Shown: one piece after another, positions 15,873 to 25,765 of the stretch
Numbering within the stretch: the first letter of the stretch is position 1
Layout: the number at the start of each line of letters is the position of its first letter
From: an uncultured Candidatus Saccharibacteria bacterium
GTDB lineage: Bacteria; Patescibacteriota; Minisyncoccia; UBA6257; GWB1-50-10
Reading direction: 5' to 3'
Assembly: GCA_964565515.1 (NCBI GenBank)
Contig: CAZMFA010000001.1
Location: 1-60,048, forward strand
DNA length: 60,048 nt
Notes under the pieces: generated by a model
Told to the model about the DNA's origin: nothing
Database searches by the model: none
Seen by the model: only the letters and a program-made list of their open reading frames with translations
Position numbers and translations under genes: made by a program

Positions 15873-17350
15873 TGAGCGATAAGTGGCGGTGGTGGGTTCT
15901 GGGGACGGTCATTTTCGGGACCTTTTTGGGGCGTTTGGATCAAACGGTGGTCAACTTGGCGCTTCCGAAGATCATCGGTGATTTTTCGATCTCCGTTTCG
16001 GCGGCCGCTTGGATATCGACCGCTTATATCCTGGCGAACGCGATCTTCGTCCCTATTTGGGGAAAGCTGGGGGACGTTGCCGGCCGGAAGAAGATCTATC
16101 TGATCGGCTTCATCGGCTTCATTGTCGCGTCAGGTCTTTGTGCGATTGCCTGGAATTTAACCTCCATGATCGTCTTTCGGATTATCCAAGGATTCGCCGT
16201 TTCTGCCGATTACCCAACGGCCATGGCGATCCTTGCCGTCACTTTTACCAATCCCAAAGAACGCGCCGAGGCTTTGGGGCTTTGGTCCGCCGCCTTTGCC
16301 GTTGCGTCGGTCTTCGGCCCGCTCATGGGGGGGCCCTTGATCGATAATTTCAATTGGCGGGCCGTCTTTTTTGTGAACATTCCGCTTGGGATCATCGGTC
16401 TCTTTCTCGCACTCACATTTATTAAGGAGTCCGTAGGAGAAAAACGGCAGACGCATTTTGATTGGTGGGGAGCATCGGCATTGGGTGCCGCGCTTTTTGC
16501 GCTCACCTTGGTCCTCGATCGGGGGCAGACGTGGGGATGGTTGTCGGCGGGGAGCATCGTTTCCTATGCCGCTTTTACGCTTTTTATGGGGCTCTTCATT
16601 GCAATCGAGTACCACGAAACCGAGCCGATCGTCGATTTGAAATTCTTCAAGATCAAGGCGTTCGTCTTTTCGCTTCTCAATACGTTCATTGTTTTCATGG
16701 CCATGATGGGAAGCGTCTTTTTAATCCCCATATTCGCCGAAACGTTCCTCGGATACGATGCGACGAAGACCGGCTACCTCTTTATTCCCATGGCCGTTTT
16801 TCTGATGGGTGCCGCCGCTTTGGGCGGTAAGCTTGTGGGGAAAGTGCAGTCCCGCTACGTCATCTTTTGGGGGACGATCATCGCGTCGATTGCATTTTTC
16901 ATGTTCGGCGGGATCGATCCGCGATGGGGGGCCTTGGCCATCATGGTGCCGATGAGCGTCATGTCATTCGGTTTGGGGTTCGGCATGGCTCAACGGACGA
17001 ACATCGTGGCAAGTTCGGTGCCGGAACGGGAAGTGGGAGAAGCATCGGCGATTCTCGCTCTCGTCAGAAACATTGCCGGTGCATTCGGCATCGCCGTTTT
17101 CAGCACGGTACTCGACAATGCGACGAATGCCAATGTCTTTGCGATCGCCCAAAACAGTTTCCTTCGGATCGTAAACCCGGAGAATCTCCAGCAATTCATC
17201 GGCCTTATTACTTTGAAGGCGGAAGTTGCGGGATATGCTGCGGTTTTCATAGCCGCCGGCGTCGTGATCCTCCTCGGATCCTTTACGGCGCTCTTAATCA
17301 AGCTGCCGCACGAAACGAAAGCAAAGGGAGAAATCGCAATGTTCGATTAA
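15872..17350 (+). CDS. MFS transporter, DHA2 (EmrB/QacA, 14-TMS) family
   Basis: LDQTVVNLALPKI, GKLGDVAGRKK motif A, about 14 hydrophobic segments. Confidence 0.85.
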   Translation: MSDKWRWWVLGTVIFGTFLGRLDQTVVNLALPKIIGDFSISVSAAAWISTAYILANAIFVPIWGKLGDVAGRKKIYLIGFIGFIVASGLCAIAWNLTSMIVFRIIQGFAVSADYPTAMAILAVTFTNPKERAEALGLWSAAFAVASVFGPLMGGPLIDNFNWRAVFFVNIPLGIIGLFLALTFIKESVGEKRQTHFDWWGASALGAALFALTLVLDRGQTWGWLSAGSIVSYAAFTLFMGLFIAIEYHETEPIVDLKFFKIKAFVFSLLNTFIVFMAMMGSVFLIPIFAETFLGYDATKTGYLFIPMAVFLMGAAALGGKLVGKVQSRYVIFWGTIIASIAFFMFGGIDPRWGALAIMVPMSVMSFGLGFGMAQRTNIVASSVPEREVGEASAILALVRNIAGAFGIAVFSTVLDNATNANVFAIAQNSFLRIVNPENLQQFIGLITLKAEVAGYAAVFIAAGVVILLGSFTALLIKLPHETKAKGEIAMFD

Positions 17351-18189
17351 GCGCGGTAACGCCCTCCGTGCCGTCGTATGAAACCCTCGCGGAGGAGTTC
17401 GTCGACGATGGGAACGAGATCCGCCTCCGGCTTTCCGGTTTCCCGCGAGAGCCCGGGAAGTGTGAAGGAAGAAGAAAGGAGGAGTTTCAACAGTTCGCCG
17501 CGGATTTGCCGATGCGACCCCTCGAAACGGGGTTGTTTCGCGTAATGCGCGCTCTTGCGGTTCGGATTTTTCCCCTTGGTGCCGAGCAGGGATCCGTAAT
17601 CCATAAGCGCAGAGTACCACCGGCGGGGATTTTTGCGGTCGAGCGTGAATTCTACAAGCGGCAGGATATCGCAATCGCTCACCGTTTTTTCGTCCTTAAA
17701 GAAGGCATCAATGAACGTCCGGCGGATGTTCGTTTCAATGAAGGGAACGGGAAGATTGTAGGCATAAGCAAGGATTGCCCCGGCGGTTGCCTTTCCAATC
17801 CCCGGCAGTTTTGAAAGCTCGTCCGGATTTCGGGGAAGTCGCCCGCCGTATTTCTCAACGACCTCCCGCGCCGTTTTTTGGAGATTGAGTGCCCGCCGGT
17901 TGTACCCGAGGCCTTGCCAAGTCTTAAGGATTTTCTTCGATCGGGCCTCGGCAAGGCTTCGCCACGAGGGGAATACCTTGAGGAATCGCGGGTAGTAGTA
18001 TGCGGCGCGGGAAACTTGGGTTTGCTGGAGCATGATTTCGGAAACCACGATGCGGTAGGGGGTGATATCCTTGCGCCACGGAAGATCGCGCCCGCAGGTG
18101 CGGTAAAAATCGAGGATTTTCCCTTGGAACGCCGCTTTTTGGCGGTTGGTCAGTTTAACGCCCTTCATGCTTGGTAAGCATTGTACCAT
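17347..18189 (-). CDS. MutY-like HhH-GPD adenine DNA glycosylase lacking the 4Fe-4S cysteines and the MutT-like domain
   Basis: RDLPWRKDITPYRIVVSEIMLQQTQV, HhH LPGIGKATAGAILAYAYN, catalytic Asp in ALMDYGS. No CX6CX2CX5C motif; the C-terminus looks wHTH-like. Confidence 0.75.
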   Translation of the reverse strand: MVQCLPSMKGVKLTNRQKAAFQGKILDFYRTCGRDLPWRKDITPYRIVVSEIMLQQTQVSRAAYYYPRFLKVFPSWRSLAEARSKKILKTWQGLGYNRRALNLQKTAREVVEKYGGRLPRNPDELSKLPGIGKATAGAILAYAYNLPVPFIETNIRRTFIDAFFKDEKTVSDCDILPLVEFTLDRKNPRRWYSALMDYGSLLGTKGKNPNRKSAHYAKQPRFEGSHRQIRGELLKLLLSSSFTLPGLSRETGKPEADLVPIVDELLREGFIRRHGGRYRA

Positions 18190-18257
18190 GTTTGTAACGA
18201 AGAAGGCGGCAGCGCGTATTCTTTATAACGCAAAGGTCGATAAGGTTTTTACCAACA

Positions 18258-18947
18258 ATGAGAAAGCTGATAACTATTGCAGGCGTCGCGGTGGGAGCGG
18301 CCATTTTGGCCTCGGCTTTGGTTGCGAGCGCAGAAACAGCGACCCCGACAACGGCAAGCAGTGTTCCTTCCCGGCCGCAGCCGATGATCCTTCAGGTGAA
18401 CGGCAACGGCAAAGTCCTCTTGAGAGGTACGATCGCTTCGATTTCAAGCGGCGTCCTTACGGTGAACGGCTGGGGCGGTGTTTGGACGGTTGACGTCGGT
18501 TCGTCGGCGGAAGTTTTGCCGGCAGCCGCGGGCAACGATCTCTCGGAGTTTAAGACGGGGGATTATGTAGGCGTTCAAGGAACGGTCTCGCAAGCCGCAC
18601 CGTGGACTATCGATGCGACGATTGTGCGCGATTGGACCTACCGCTCGGCGGTGAATGCGCAAGGAAAACAGAACGCCCAGGAAGCCCGGCAAATCATGAA
18701 TGCGAATCGCCCGCGTGATTACGTTGGCGTCGCTTCGAGCGTGAACGGAACTTCCTTTACCCTTACCGTACAAGGAACGGCGTATACCGTGAACGTTGCA
18801 TCTGGCGCGGAGATAGTGAACAAGAACTGGGTCACGATGCCGCTCTCGAGCATTCAATCGAACGATAATGTCCGAGTGTGGGGTGTTGCGTCAAGCAGCG
18901 CTATTACGGCTCAAATCGTCCGCGACGTTTCGATCCCCGCGAAGTAG
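18258..18947 (+). CDS. Secreted protein with two DUF5666-like repeats
   Basis: Signal peptide MRKLITIAGVAVGAAILASALVASA. Internal duplication (..G..LTVNG..WTVDV..AEV...GD.V.V.G...A..IVRD). Confidence 0.5.
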   Translation: MRKLITIAGVAVGAAILASALVASAETATPTTASSVPSRPQPMILQVNGNGKVLLRGTIASISSGVLTVNGWGGVWTVDVGSSAEVLPAAAGNDLSEFKTGDYVGVQGTVSQAAPWTIDATIVRDWTYRSAVNAQGKQNAQEARQIMNANRPRDYVGVASSVNGTSFTLTVQGTAYTVNVASGAEIVNKNWVTMPLSSIQSNDNVRVWGVASSSAITAQIVRDVSIPAK

Positions 18948-18977
18948 GTTTCGAAAACAAATCGAGTCCTTGTAGAT

Positions 18978-19000
18978 CCCCCCGCTATGCGGGGGGGTTT
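18978..19000 (+). terminator. GC hairpin after the secreted-protein gene
   Basis: CCCCCCGC-tat-GCGGGGGG followed by GTTT. Confidence 0.5.
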
Positions 19001-19027
19001 ACATTGTTACGGCTCTTGGAGGATAAT
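18998..19027 (+). promoter_or_regulatory. Promoter TTTACA-N18-GATAAT
   Basis: The -10 overlaps ATG 19026, which argues for ATG 19038 as the start of the next gene. Confidence 0.45.
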
Positions 19028-19037
19028 GAACCCCGTA

Positions 19038-19649
19038 ATGGAACGTTTCATGAAATACAGGAATTTGGTGATTTACCTTTGCGCATGCGCCTTCATAGGC
19101 GTCGTTTTTCTGACGATTTATGCAGCGGTTCAGCAGAGTTATCGGCAATCGGCGAACGACCCGCAAATTCAAATCGCCGAAGATGCCGCAGCGAGCTTGG
19201 ACGGCGGTGGCGCATTTCAATCGGTCATCCTTCCGACTCGCATCGATATTGCAACGAGCTTGTCGGTCTTTACAACCGTCTTTAACGATGCCGGCCAACC
19301 GATCGGCTCTTCGGGATACTTGCGTGGTGAAATGCCGACCTTGCCGCCCGGCGTCTTCGATCATGTCCGGTCAGAGGGCGAAGACCGTTTTACGTGGCAG
19401 CCGGAAAACGGTATCCGGGATGCGGTCGTCGTTACGAAATACAGCGGCGGATTCGTGATGGCGGGCCGCTCGCTCCGGGAAGTGGAAAAGCGCGAAGGCG
19501 CCCTTCTTGCCGAGGTGGTTACGGGATGGGCCATTTCGCTTATTATCGGCTTTTGTTGTGTGGCGGTGGCAATGATAAGGGGAAAAAGCATACCGACAAG
19601 GATGTGGATAACTCGTATTGTACGATATTTCCGGAAAAGCATAGAATAA
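19038..19649 (+). CDS. Hypothetical membrane protein (N- and C-terminal TM segments)
   Basis: ORF 18987..19649. The upstream ATGs lie inside the terminator hairpin or the -10 box. No family recognised. Confidence 0.5.
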   Translation: MERFMKYRNLVIYLCACAFIGVVFLTIYAAVQQSYRQSANDPQIQIAEDAAASLDGGGAFQSVILPTRIDIATSLSVFTTVFNDAGQPIGSSGYLRGEMPTLPPGVFDHVRSEGEDRFTWQPENGIRDAVVVTKYSGGFVMAGRSLREVEKREGALLAEVVTGWAISLIIGFCCVAVAMIRGKSIPTRMWITRIVRYFRKSIE

Positions 19650-19781
19650 TATCAGTACCAGCACAACTCAAGAACTATTTCCCCCTTCAAAAAGGGGGCG
19701 AAGAAACCGGAAAACGGTTTCACACTGAACGAAGAGGACTTCTTCCAAATCGTTCGCGAGGTTTTTAAAAACCCCGTCACA

Positions 19782-21011
19782 TCAACCTTCGATTGTGCCG
19801 GGGTTGTTTTTTTGTGCGTTCAATCCTCCCTTCAGGGAGGACTTTCTTTTTCGTATTTCTTCTTGGTAGAGAAAGTAACTTTTCCTCGGCTTTCGTTCCA
19901 TGGTTTTGGGATCGACGGCAACGAGGCCGTAATGATAGTTCATGCCCCGATCGAGTTCGAAGTTGTCGAAGATGCTCCAATGGATGTAGCCCTGCATGAA
20001 TGCAGCGCCCCTTCTTCTCGCTTCGAAGATGGCGTCGAGATGGGCCGTGAGGCTTCTTTCCCTCAGTGCATCGTCATCCGTGCAGGTTCCGTTTTCGATG
20101 ACATAAACGGGAAGTCCGCCGTATTTTTTGTGGAGGCGTTCGGCGAGCGGCATCAAAAGTTCGGGATTTATTTCGAAAAGGTCGTCGTGATCCTTGTCTT
20201 CCCGGTAGCCGACGGGATCAGTCTTTTTTGTGAAATCGAATGCCAAAGTGCCGTAATAATTCATGCCGATAAAATCCGCTTGCGGCATGAGCCGATTCCA
20301 AATATACGTGTTGGCGACAAAACTGCCGACGGCAGCGGCGATCAGCTCGTCGAAGCGCCCGTTCTTTGAGACGATCGGGCGCGCCACTTCCGAAAATCCA
20401 ATTTGAAGGTGCGGGTACCGTTCTTTCAATGCCCGGTATGCTTTACAATGCGCCTCTGCCATCGCCCGGATGGTCTTATAGGATCCGATGACGGAGTTTT
20501 TCCTCTTGGGGCGCAGGAAGGCTTCGATTTCGGCCAAGGAAACATACGTCGTTATCTCGTTGATCGTTATGACGTGGGAAGCATAGCGGCCGAACTCTGC
20601 CACGGCCTTTTCCGCGAAATCGAGAAAGGCGCCGATGTTCCTCCTTTTTTCCCAGCCGCCCATTTCGTCGAACCATACGGGATTTGCCAAATGGTGCAGT
20701 GTGAGCACGAGCGCAATATCGTTTTCCTTCAAAAAAGAAAACATCCGGTGGTAGCGGGCTACGGCATCCGGGTCGAGGGGAGTGAAAGGTGCATGCTGCA
20801 ACCTTGCCCAATCGACGGACGTCCTAAAAACGTCGACGCCCAGGTTCTTCACCAAGGCGTAATCGTCCTTCCATCGCGCGAGATGTTCTATGTTCTTGTC
20901 CACAACGGATCCGTCATGGGCTGTGAGTCCCTTCCAGTCGTTTTGCGGATTCTCTTCCGTTTGTGCCGCCGAAATGCTGACGCCGAAAACGAAGGAATGA
21001 GTATCGAACAT
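19782..21011 (-). CDS. Glycoside hydrolase family 1 (beta-glucosidase-like)
   Basis: Acid/base motif ITINE, nucleophile motif YVIENG, FRTSVDWARL, YIHWSIFDNFE. Confidence 0.85.
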   Translation of the reverse strand: MFDTHSFVFGVSISAAQTEENPQNDWKGLTAHDGSVVDKNIEHLARWKDDYALVKNLGVDVFRTSVDWARLQHAPFTPLDPDAVARYHRMFSFLKENDIALVLTLHHLANPVWFDEMGGWEKRRNIGAFLDFAEKAVAEFGRYASHVITINEITTYVSLAEIEAFLRPKRKNSVIGSYKTIRAMAEAHCKAYRALKERYPHLQIGFSEVARPIVSKNGRFDELIAAAVGSFVANTYIWNRLMPQADFIGMNYYGTLAFDFTKKTDPVGYREDKDHDDLFEINPELLMPLAERLHKKYGGLPVYVIENGTCTDDDALRERSLTAHLDAIFEARRRGAAFMQGYIHWSIFDNFELDRGMNYHYGLVAVDPKTMERKPRKSYFLYQEEIRKRKSSLKGGLNAQKNNPGTIEG

Positions 21012-21057
21012 GGCGTGTCATCCGCAAGTATACCGCAAACCGCGGAGGAATGGAATT

Positions 21058-21086
21058 TTGATACCTCGCCGCACTTGGTTTACAAT
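21058..21086 (+). promoter_or_regulatory. Promoter TTGATA-N17-TACAAT, 9 nt before ATG 21096
   Basis: Near-consensus hexamers and spacing. Confidence 0.6.
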
Positions 21087-21095
21087 AGAACCATC

Positions 21096-21707
21096 ATGCA
21101 AGGTTTATCTTTCACTGCTTTGGTGCCCTGGGTGATCGCCCATGGCTATTTTTTATTTTTTCTCGCCGCTCTCCTTGAGGGTCCTTTGGTGAATGCCGCA
21201 GCGGGGGTGGCGGCAGCGCTCGGCTATTTCAGTCTGCCGCTCATCCTCCTCATAGCGCTTGCGGGAGATTTGGTCGCCGACATAATAGCATACGCAGTGG
21301 GTTATTTCGGAGGTCGGCCGCTCGCCGAACGCTACGGACATTTCGTCGGTTTGACGGAGGAACGATTGAAGAGGTTTGAGTCGGTCATTCACCGGCATAC
21401 GGGGAAAGCCCTTCTTTTTTTCAAGCTTTCTCCCGTCATCCCTATTCCCGGATTGATGTTGGTCGGCGCTTTGCGGGTAGACGTGCGCCGCTTCATAAAA
21501 ATGTCGCTTTTTATATCCCTTCCCCAGGTCCTTTTTTTCACCCTCTTCGGCTTCTTTTCCGGTAAGGCGTATCAATATGTGAGCGGAACTATCTTGGGTG
21601 TCAGGGATGCACTTTTTACCGTCGGCTTCCTTATTGTGATCGTTTATTTGATCTCTCGGAGAATATCCCATCGCATTGCGAAGGATACGAAAGTGGAGGG
21701 GCAGTAG
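21096..21707 (+). CDS. DedA/SNARE-associated family membrane protein
   Basis: LAALLEGPLV...GDLVADIIAYAVGYFGGRPL...FKLSPVIP pattern. The upstream part of ORF 20403..21707 is antisense to the GH1 gene. Confidence 0.8.
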   Translation: MQGLSFTALVPWVIAHGYFLFFLAALLEGPLVNAAAGVAAALGYFSLPLILLIALAGDLVADIIAYAVGYFGGRPLAERYGHFVGLTEERLKRFESVIHRHTGKALLFFKLSPVIPIPGLMLVGALRVDVRRFIKMSLFISLPQVLFFTLFGFFSGKAYQYVSGTILGVRDALFTVGFLIVIVYLISRRISHRIAKDTKVEGQ

Positions 21708-21710
21708 CGG

Positions 21711-23240
21711 TTATACTTCGTCTTCCAACCACCCCAGCTTCTTCAATTGGCGGTAAGCACTTTGGAAAGCCGCAAGATTGCCCATAAGGTTCTTGGGTAT
21801 TTCGTATTTGCGAAACCCGGTCCTGAGCCACGTTGCCGGTTGCCGGGTATCGGGATCGAATACCTCGTATGCCCCGCCGGCGCCTTTGAAGAGTTTGGCG
21901 ACGTTGACGAGATCTTCAACCGCCCCCCTCTTAAAGCGTTCCCGCACTGCAGCATCCTCGTGTTCGAGGGCTATTCTGATCTTCACTTGTATGTTTTGAG
22001 CGGTGAGCCACGGCCAAACACCCCGGTTGTGGTATCCTCCCATGCCGATCAGTCTCAAGATGGGATACACCCTGTTCTTGGGGTAAGGAGGATAGAAATT
22101 TTTCAATCCGGAATTACTGCGGAGGTAAGTGTCCATGGTTTCCTCGACTTTGGCCGCCTCTTGGACCGGCAAAATATAGAGCGATCCGAAGATCGATGCA
22201 GCGGCATCGATGCGAGACTCTCCTTCGGCGCTCCTGAAGTAGTGATGTTCCGCGTCGTAGAGTTTTTCCATAATGCCGTTCTTTACCTTGAGATACCACT
22301 CTCCGTAAAAGGCGGCCCGGTCCGGGCGGTTCAAGCCCGTGGACATGAATCGCATCATTTGCAGCGCGCGCGCCTGCCAAATGTTTACGGTGCTGATTTT
22401 TTTCCCTCCGCGGATGAGGCTGTCGGCCCAATCGGGATTTGATTTACGCGAAATCTCGAGCCCGTCCGCGGGATCGGTTCTCGACAGGAACTGCTGCATC
22501 GCTTTTTCTATCGAGCTGAAGCGGCTTTTGACGAACTCCCTGCCCTTGGGGGAGTGTATGAAAAGTTCGCCGGTCGTAATCGTGATGGTCGGTATCGTAT
22601 CGTCGGCATTGCCTCCTTGCTCGCCTTCGTAAACGGGCTTTTCTTTTTTTCGGTCTATGAGATCGATGCCGATTTTCTTAAGCCAGCTTAATTTGAAGCC
22701 GGTGATCGCCTGCACGATGTGCTCGGCGAGAAAACGTTTTCGTTCGATGCGGTAGGGGAGGGAGCCATCCTCCTTTTGATATAAGAAAGCGGTTTCCAGG
22801 GAGTCGATGACCGCCGTATCGTTGTTTTCGGCGAAAAAGTTTCCTCCGGCATGGGCAAGATCCCGCAGCCACAAAGTGTTGTAGAAATTGTCGTTTTGAT
22901 CGCCGGTCGGAAATATGCCGAAGTTGCTTTGGTAGCATGCGTCGAGATTCTTCAGGGAATGCCCGATCTCCGCCCGGAGGATTTCCCGCTCTTCCGGCGA
23001 AACGGTGATGACACCCCCCATCCTTTCTTTAGGGAATCTCGTGGCTTGGAGGAGATCCAGCTTCGATTCCAAGTCTTTTTCTTTGTTTTCGGGGGGAATT
23101 TCTTTTTCGGCGTGTTTTTCTTCTGGCTGCGGAGTCGTTTCTTTCTTTTCTTCCAGCCGCTCTTTTTGCCCAGTTTTTTCGGACTTCTCTTCTCCGTCGG
23201 GTATTTCCGGTCCCTCGAATCCTTCAAATTTCCTCAGCAT
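21711..23240 (-). CDS. (alpha/alpha)6-barrel glycoside hydrolase (GDE_C / GH100 neutral-invertase-like) with E/K-rich N-terminal tail
   Basis: NTLWLRDLAHAG and GGYHNRGVWPWLTAQ motifs. Confidence 0.55.
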   Translation of the reverse strand: MLRKFEGFEGPEIPDGEEKSEKTGQKERLEEKKETTPQPEEKHAEKEIPPENKEKDLESKLDLLQATRFPKERMGGVITVSPEEREILRAEIGHSLKNLDACYQSNFGIFPTGDQNDNFYNTLWLRDLAHAGGNFFAENNDTAVIDSLETAFLYQKEDGSLPYRIERKRFLAEHIVQAITGFKLSWLKKIGIDLIDRKKEKPVYEGEQGGNADDTIPTITITTGELFIHSPKGREFVKSRFSSIEKAMQQFLSRTDPADGLEISRKSNPDWADSLIRGGKKISTVNIWQARALQMMRFMSTGLNRPDRAAFYGEWYLKVKNGIMEKLYDAEHHYFRSAEGESRIDAAASIFGSLYILPVQEAAKVEETMDTYLRSNSGLKNFYPPYPKNRVYPILRLIGMGGYHNRGVWPWLTAQNIQVKIRIALEHEDAAVRERFKRGAVEDLVNVAKLFKGAGGAYEVFDPDTRQPATWLRTGFRKYEIPKNLMGNLAAFQSAYRQLKKLGWLEDEV

Positions 23241-23290
23241 AGCCTCATTATAGGTTGTGAGAAAGGCGCGTCAAATGATAAGATGGGGAG

Positions 23291-24406
23291 GTGAGAATAG
23301 CCTTTTTCATAGCAACGATCAAAAAGCAAGACGGCGCCGTTCGGGTCCTTCTCGATCTCGTTCGAGAAGCCAAGCGGCACGGAATCGAGAGCATCGTCGT
23401 CACGGGATGGACGAAGGATCCTGAAAACGTGCCGGTACCGACCATCGTAGTCCCCTCAATGAAGTTCCCCCTGTATCCCGAATACCGTTTTCCCGTGCGC
23501 GGGGAGCGGAGCTTTGAAAAGGAGTTGGACGCTTTCCATCCGGATATCCTCCACATCCACAGCCCGGATACGGGTGCGTGGTCCGCGCTCAAGTACGCGA
23601 AGAAGCGGAAATTGCCGGTCGTCGCGACCCATCATACCGATTTTCCCAAGTACCTTTCGTATTACCACCTTAATTTCTTGGATGCGTTCGTGTGGTCCCT
23701 CTTAAGAAGCCTTTATAATCGGGTTGACGTCGTCACGACGCAATCGGATGTCGTGGCTGCGGACCTCCGAAAACACGGCGTAAAAAATATCGTAACCATA
23801 GGATGGGGGGTGGATCTCGAGCGATTCAATCCGCGTTTCCGTTCCGATGTGTGGCGCCAAAGCATTCTTCGCGGGGAAGCGTCCTCGGTGGTCCTGTGCG
23901 TTTGCCGCCTCACGTGGGAGAAGGATTTAAGAACGCTCTCGGCCGCTTATGCACTCCTTAAGGAAAAGCGGCGGGACTTCCGAATGGTCGTCGCGGGGGA
24001 CGGACCGGCGCGCAAGGGGTTCGAAGCACTTATGCCCGGCGCGGTCTTCACGGGTCGTTTGGAAGGTCCCGAACTTTCCCGCGTGTACGCTTCTTCCGAC
24101 ATTTTTCTCTTTCCATCGACGACCGAAACGTTCGGCAGCGTCACGCTTGAAGCAATGGCTTCGGGGGTGGTTCCGGTGGTCGCGAATGAGGGGGGATCGA
24201 AGTCGGTGGTCCAAAACGGCGAGGATGGTTTTCTCGCGCGGCCGAAGGATGCCCGCGATTCTTCCGAAAAGGTGGATTTCCTCCTCGATCACCCCGCTGT
24301 GCTGCAAAAGATGAAGGATGCGGCGATGCGGTCGGCGCACGACTCATCTTGGTCGGCAACCTTTGAAAAGTTTTTGTCGGAGTATCGGCGCCTTACCGAA
24401 CGATGA
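23291..24406 (+). CDS. Glycosyltransferase family 4
   Basis: GTG start, MRIAFF N-terminus, PSTTETFGSVTLEAMASGVVPVVANEGG..VQNGEDGFL (E-x7-E motif). Confidence 0.85.
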   Translation: MRIAFFIATIKKQDGAVRVLLDLVREAKRHGIESIVVTGWTKDPENVPVPTIVVPSMKFPLYPEYRFPVRGERSFEKELDAFHPDILHIHSPDTGAWSALKYAKKRKLPVVATHHTDFPKYLSYYHLNFLDAFVWSLLRSLYNRVDVVTTQSDVVAADLRKHGVKNIVTIGWGVDLERFNPRFRSDVWRQSILRGEASSVVLCVCRLTWEKDLRTLSAAYALLKEKRRDFRMVVAGDGPARKGFEALMPGAVFTGRLEGPELSRVYASSDIFLFPSTTETFGSVTLEAMASGVVPVVANEGGSKSVVQNGEDGFLARPKDARDSSEKVDFLLDHPAVLQKMKDAAMRSAHDSSWSATFEKFLSEYRRLTER

Positions 24407-25164
24407 AACCGGAAATCCTTCGGACGATTGTCGGCGTCGTGATAGCGATTCTTGCAATCGTAGTAATCGCGTACTATGGATTTTTCGCCGCGCCGGTAAA
24501 GCAAAAACTGGTTACCGGGCCCGCGATCGTCGTGAGGTCCATCGACGAAAACGGGCCCGGGTATTCGATCGGCGGATCGTATCCGGAAATTGCGGAAGGA
24601 ACGAATGCGGCTGCATTCAATGCCTCTGTGGAAGGGATTGTGCAAAGCGAAGAAAACGATTTCAAGCAGAATGTGAGTGACGTTGCCGTTCCCGGCGGGA
24701 CGAGCACGCTTGATATCCATTCGTCAGTTGTCGCGACCTCGAGTAATTTTGTGAGCATTCTTCTTTCCACCGATGACTACTTTGTGGGTATGGCGCACCC
24801 GTCGCACGCCATGGCTTCCGTGAACTTCGATCTCGCATCCGGCCGCGCTATCGCCTTGAGCGACCTTTTCGCCCCAGGTTCCGATTATCTCTCTGTCATC
24901 GCCGATTACGCCATGAACGATATCACGAAACAGATTAAAAACGGCACATACTTTTCGACGCTGGAGTATGTTGCCCAAAGCGGAGGATTGGCGGCGGACC
25001 CTGCGAACTTCGAGGTGTTCAATATCACGCCGGCCGGACTCATTATCCGCTTTCAGGAATATCAAGTCGGGCCGTACGCTTCCGGGCCGACATCGACGAC
25101 GATCCCGTGGGGCGAGCTCTCGGGAATTCTGAATCCCGTGGAGCCGCTTTTGCATCTCTTTTAA
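24403..25164 (+). CDS. DUF4163/DUF3298 domain membrane-anchored protein
   Basis: N-terminal TM; YFVGMAHPSHAMASVNFDLASGRAIALSDLF matches the DUF3298 core. ATGA overlap with the GT4 gene. Confidence 0.6.
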   Translation: MKPEILRTIVGVVIAILAIVVIAYYGFFAAPVKQKLVTGPAIVVRSIDENGPGYSIGGSYPEIAEGTNAAAFNASVEGIVQSEENDFKQNVSDVAVPGGTSTLDIHSSVVATSSNFVSILLSTDDYFVGMAHPSHAMASVNFDLASGRAIALSDLFAPGSDYLSVIADYAMNDITKQIKNGTYFSTLEYVAQSGGLAADPANFEVFNITPAGLIIRFQEYQVGPYASGPTSTTIPWGELSGILNPVEPLLHLF

Positions 25165-25219
25165 AAGGGCGGAGATTCGAGTACTATAGACCCCAGCACA
25201 AAAAAACTGGAGGTGTCAT

Positions 25220-25699
25220 ATGTTTGAGAATCAAATTCTCATTTCACTTATTGTTCCTTGTTCTCTTTTGGGGATCACGCTTGGGTGGGCCTTGAAGGGG
25301 ATAGCGGACGAATATTCCAAGAAGATAGGGGAAGAAATACCTTCCCGACCGTTGTCGTCGCTTGCCGTAGGATCGATCTTTCTTCTTCTCCTTATTCTTG
25401 TTATGTTTCCCGTCGGGAATTCGCTTTTGGATGAAAATCAAGAAAGCGGAAGATTGAAGGATTTGAAGGGCAACAGCGATTTTCTGATTCCTGAAAGGGA
25501 GTATCAAATCGTTCGGGCGCAAACCATCGCAGTACCGGCGACGAACGACTCGCTCATCGTGGCGGACGTCGAGGGAACGGCAGAGGTGTTTTCTTTGAGA
25601 ATCGCTGTTCCGTCGGAAAGCTGGTTCGTAAAGAAAACCGACCGTACCTTTAAGGTAGTGCGGTCATCAATGGGAAGTGTCTTCGTGGGGGAGCATTAA
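25220..25699 (+). CDS. Hypothetical membrane protein
   Basis: GGAGG Shine-Dalgarno 5 nt upstream, two TM segments, terminator downstream. Confidence 0.55.
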   Translation: MFENQILISLIVPCSLLGITLGWALKGIADEYSKKIGEEIPSRPLSSLAVGSIFLLLLILVMFPVGNSLLDENQESGRLKDLKGNSDFLIPEREYQIVRAQTIAVPATNDSLIVADVEGTAEVFSLRIAVPSESWFVKKTDRTFKVVRSSMGSVFVGEH

Positions 25700-25716
25700 G
25701 GATAGCAATAAGACAA

Positions 25717-25754
25717 AAAGCCGTTCACTGTCAGCTGAACGGCTTTGGTTTTTT
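25717..25754. terminator. Bidirectional intrinsic terminator
   Basis: AAAGCCGTTCA-loop-TGAACGGCTTT with an A-run before and GGTTTTTT after; lies between convergent genes. Confidence 0.85.
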
Positions 25755-25765
25755 AAGATTTGTAC

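Noticed and set aside
19681-19698. CCCCCTT-caaa-AAGGGGG hairpin between convergent genes as a terminator.
   Set aside because: No U-tract follows on either strand, so it is left unannotated.
20403-21095. The N-terminal 231 codons of ORF 20403..21707, and likewise 48897..49907 of ORF 48897..50153.
   Set aside because: These stretches are antisense to the GH1 gene and the 513-aa orphan respectively. The real genes (DedA at 21096, DUF5652 at 49908) begin at internal ATGs preceded by good promoters.
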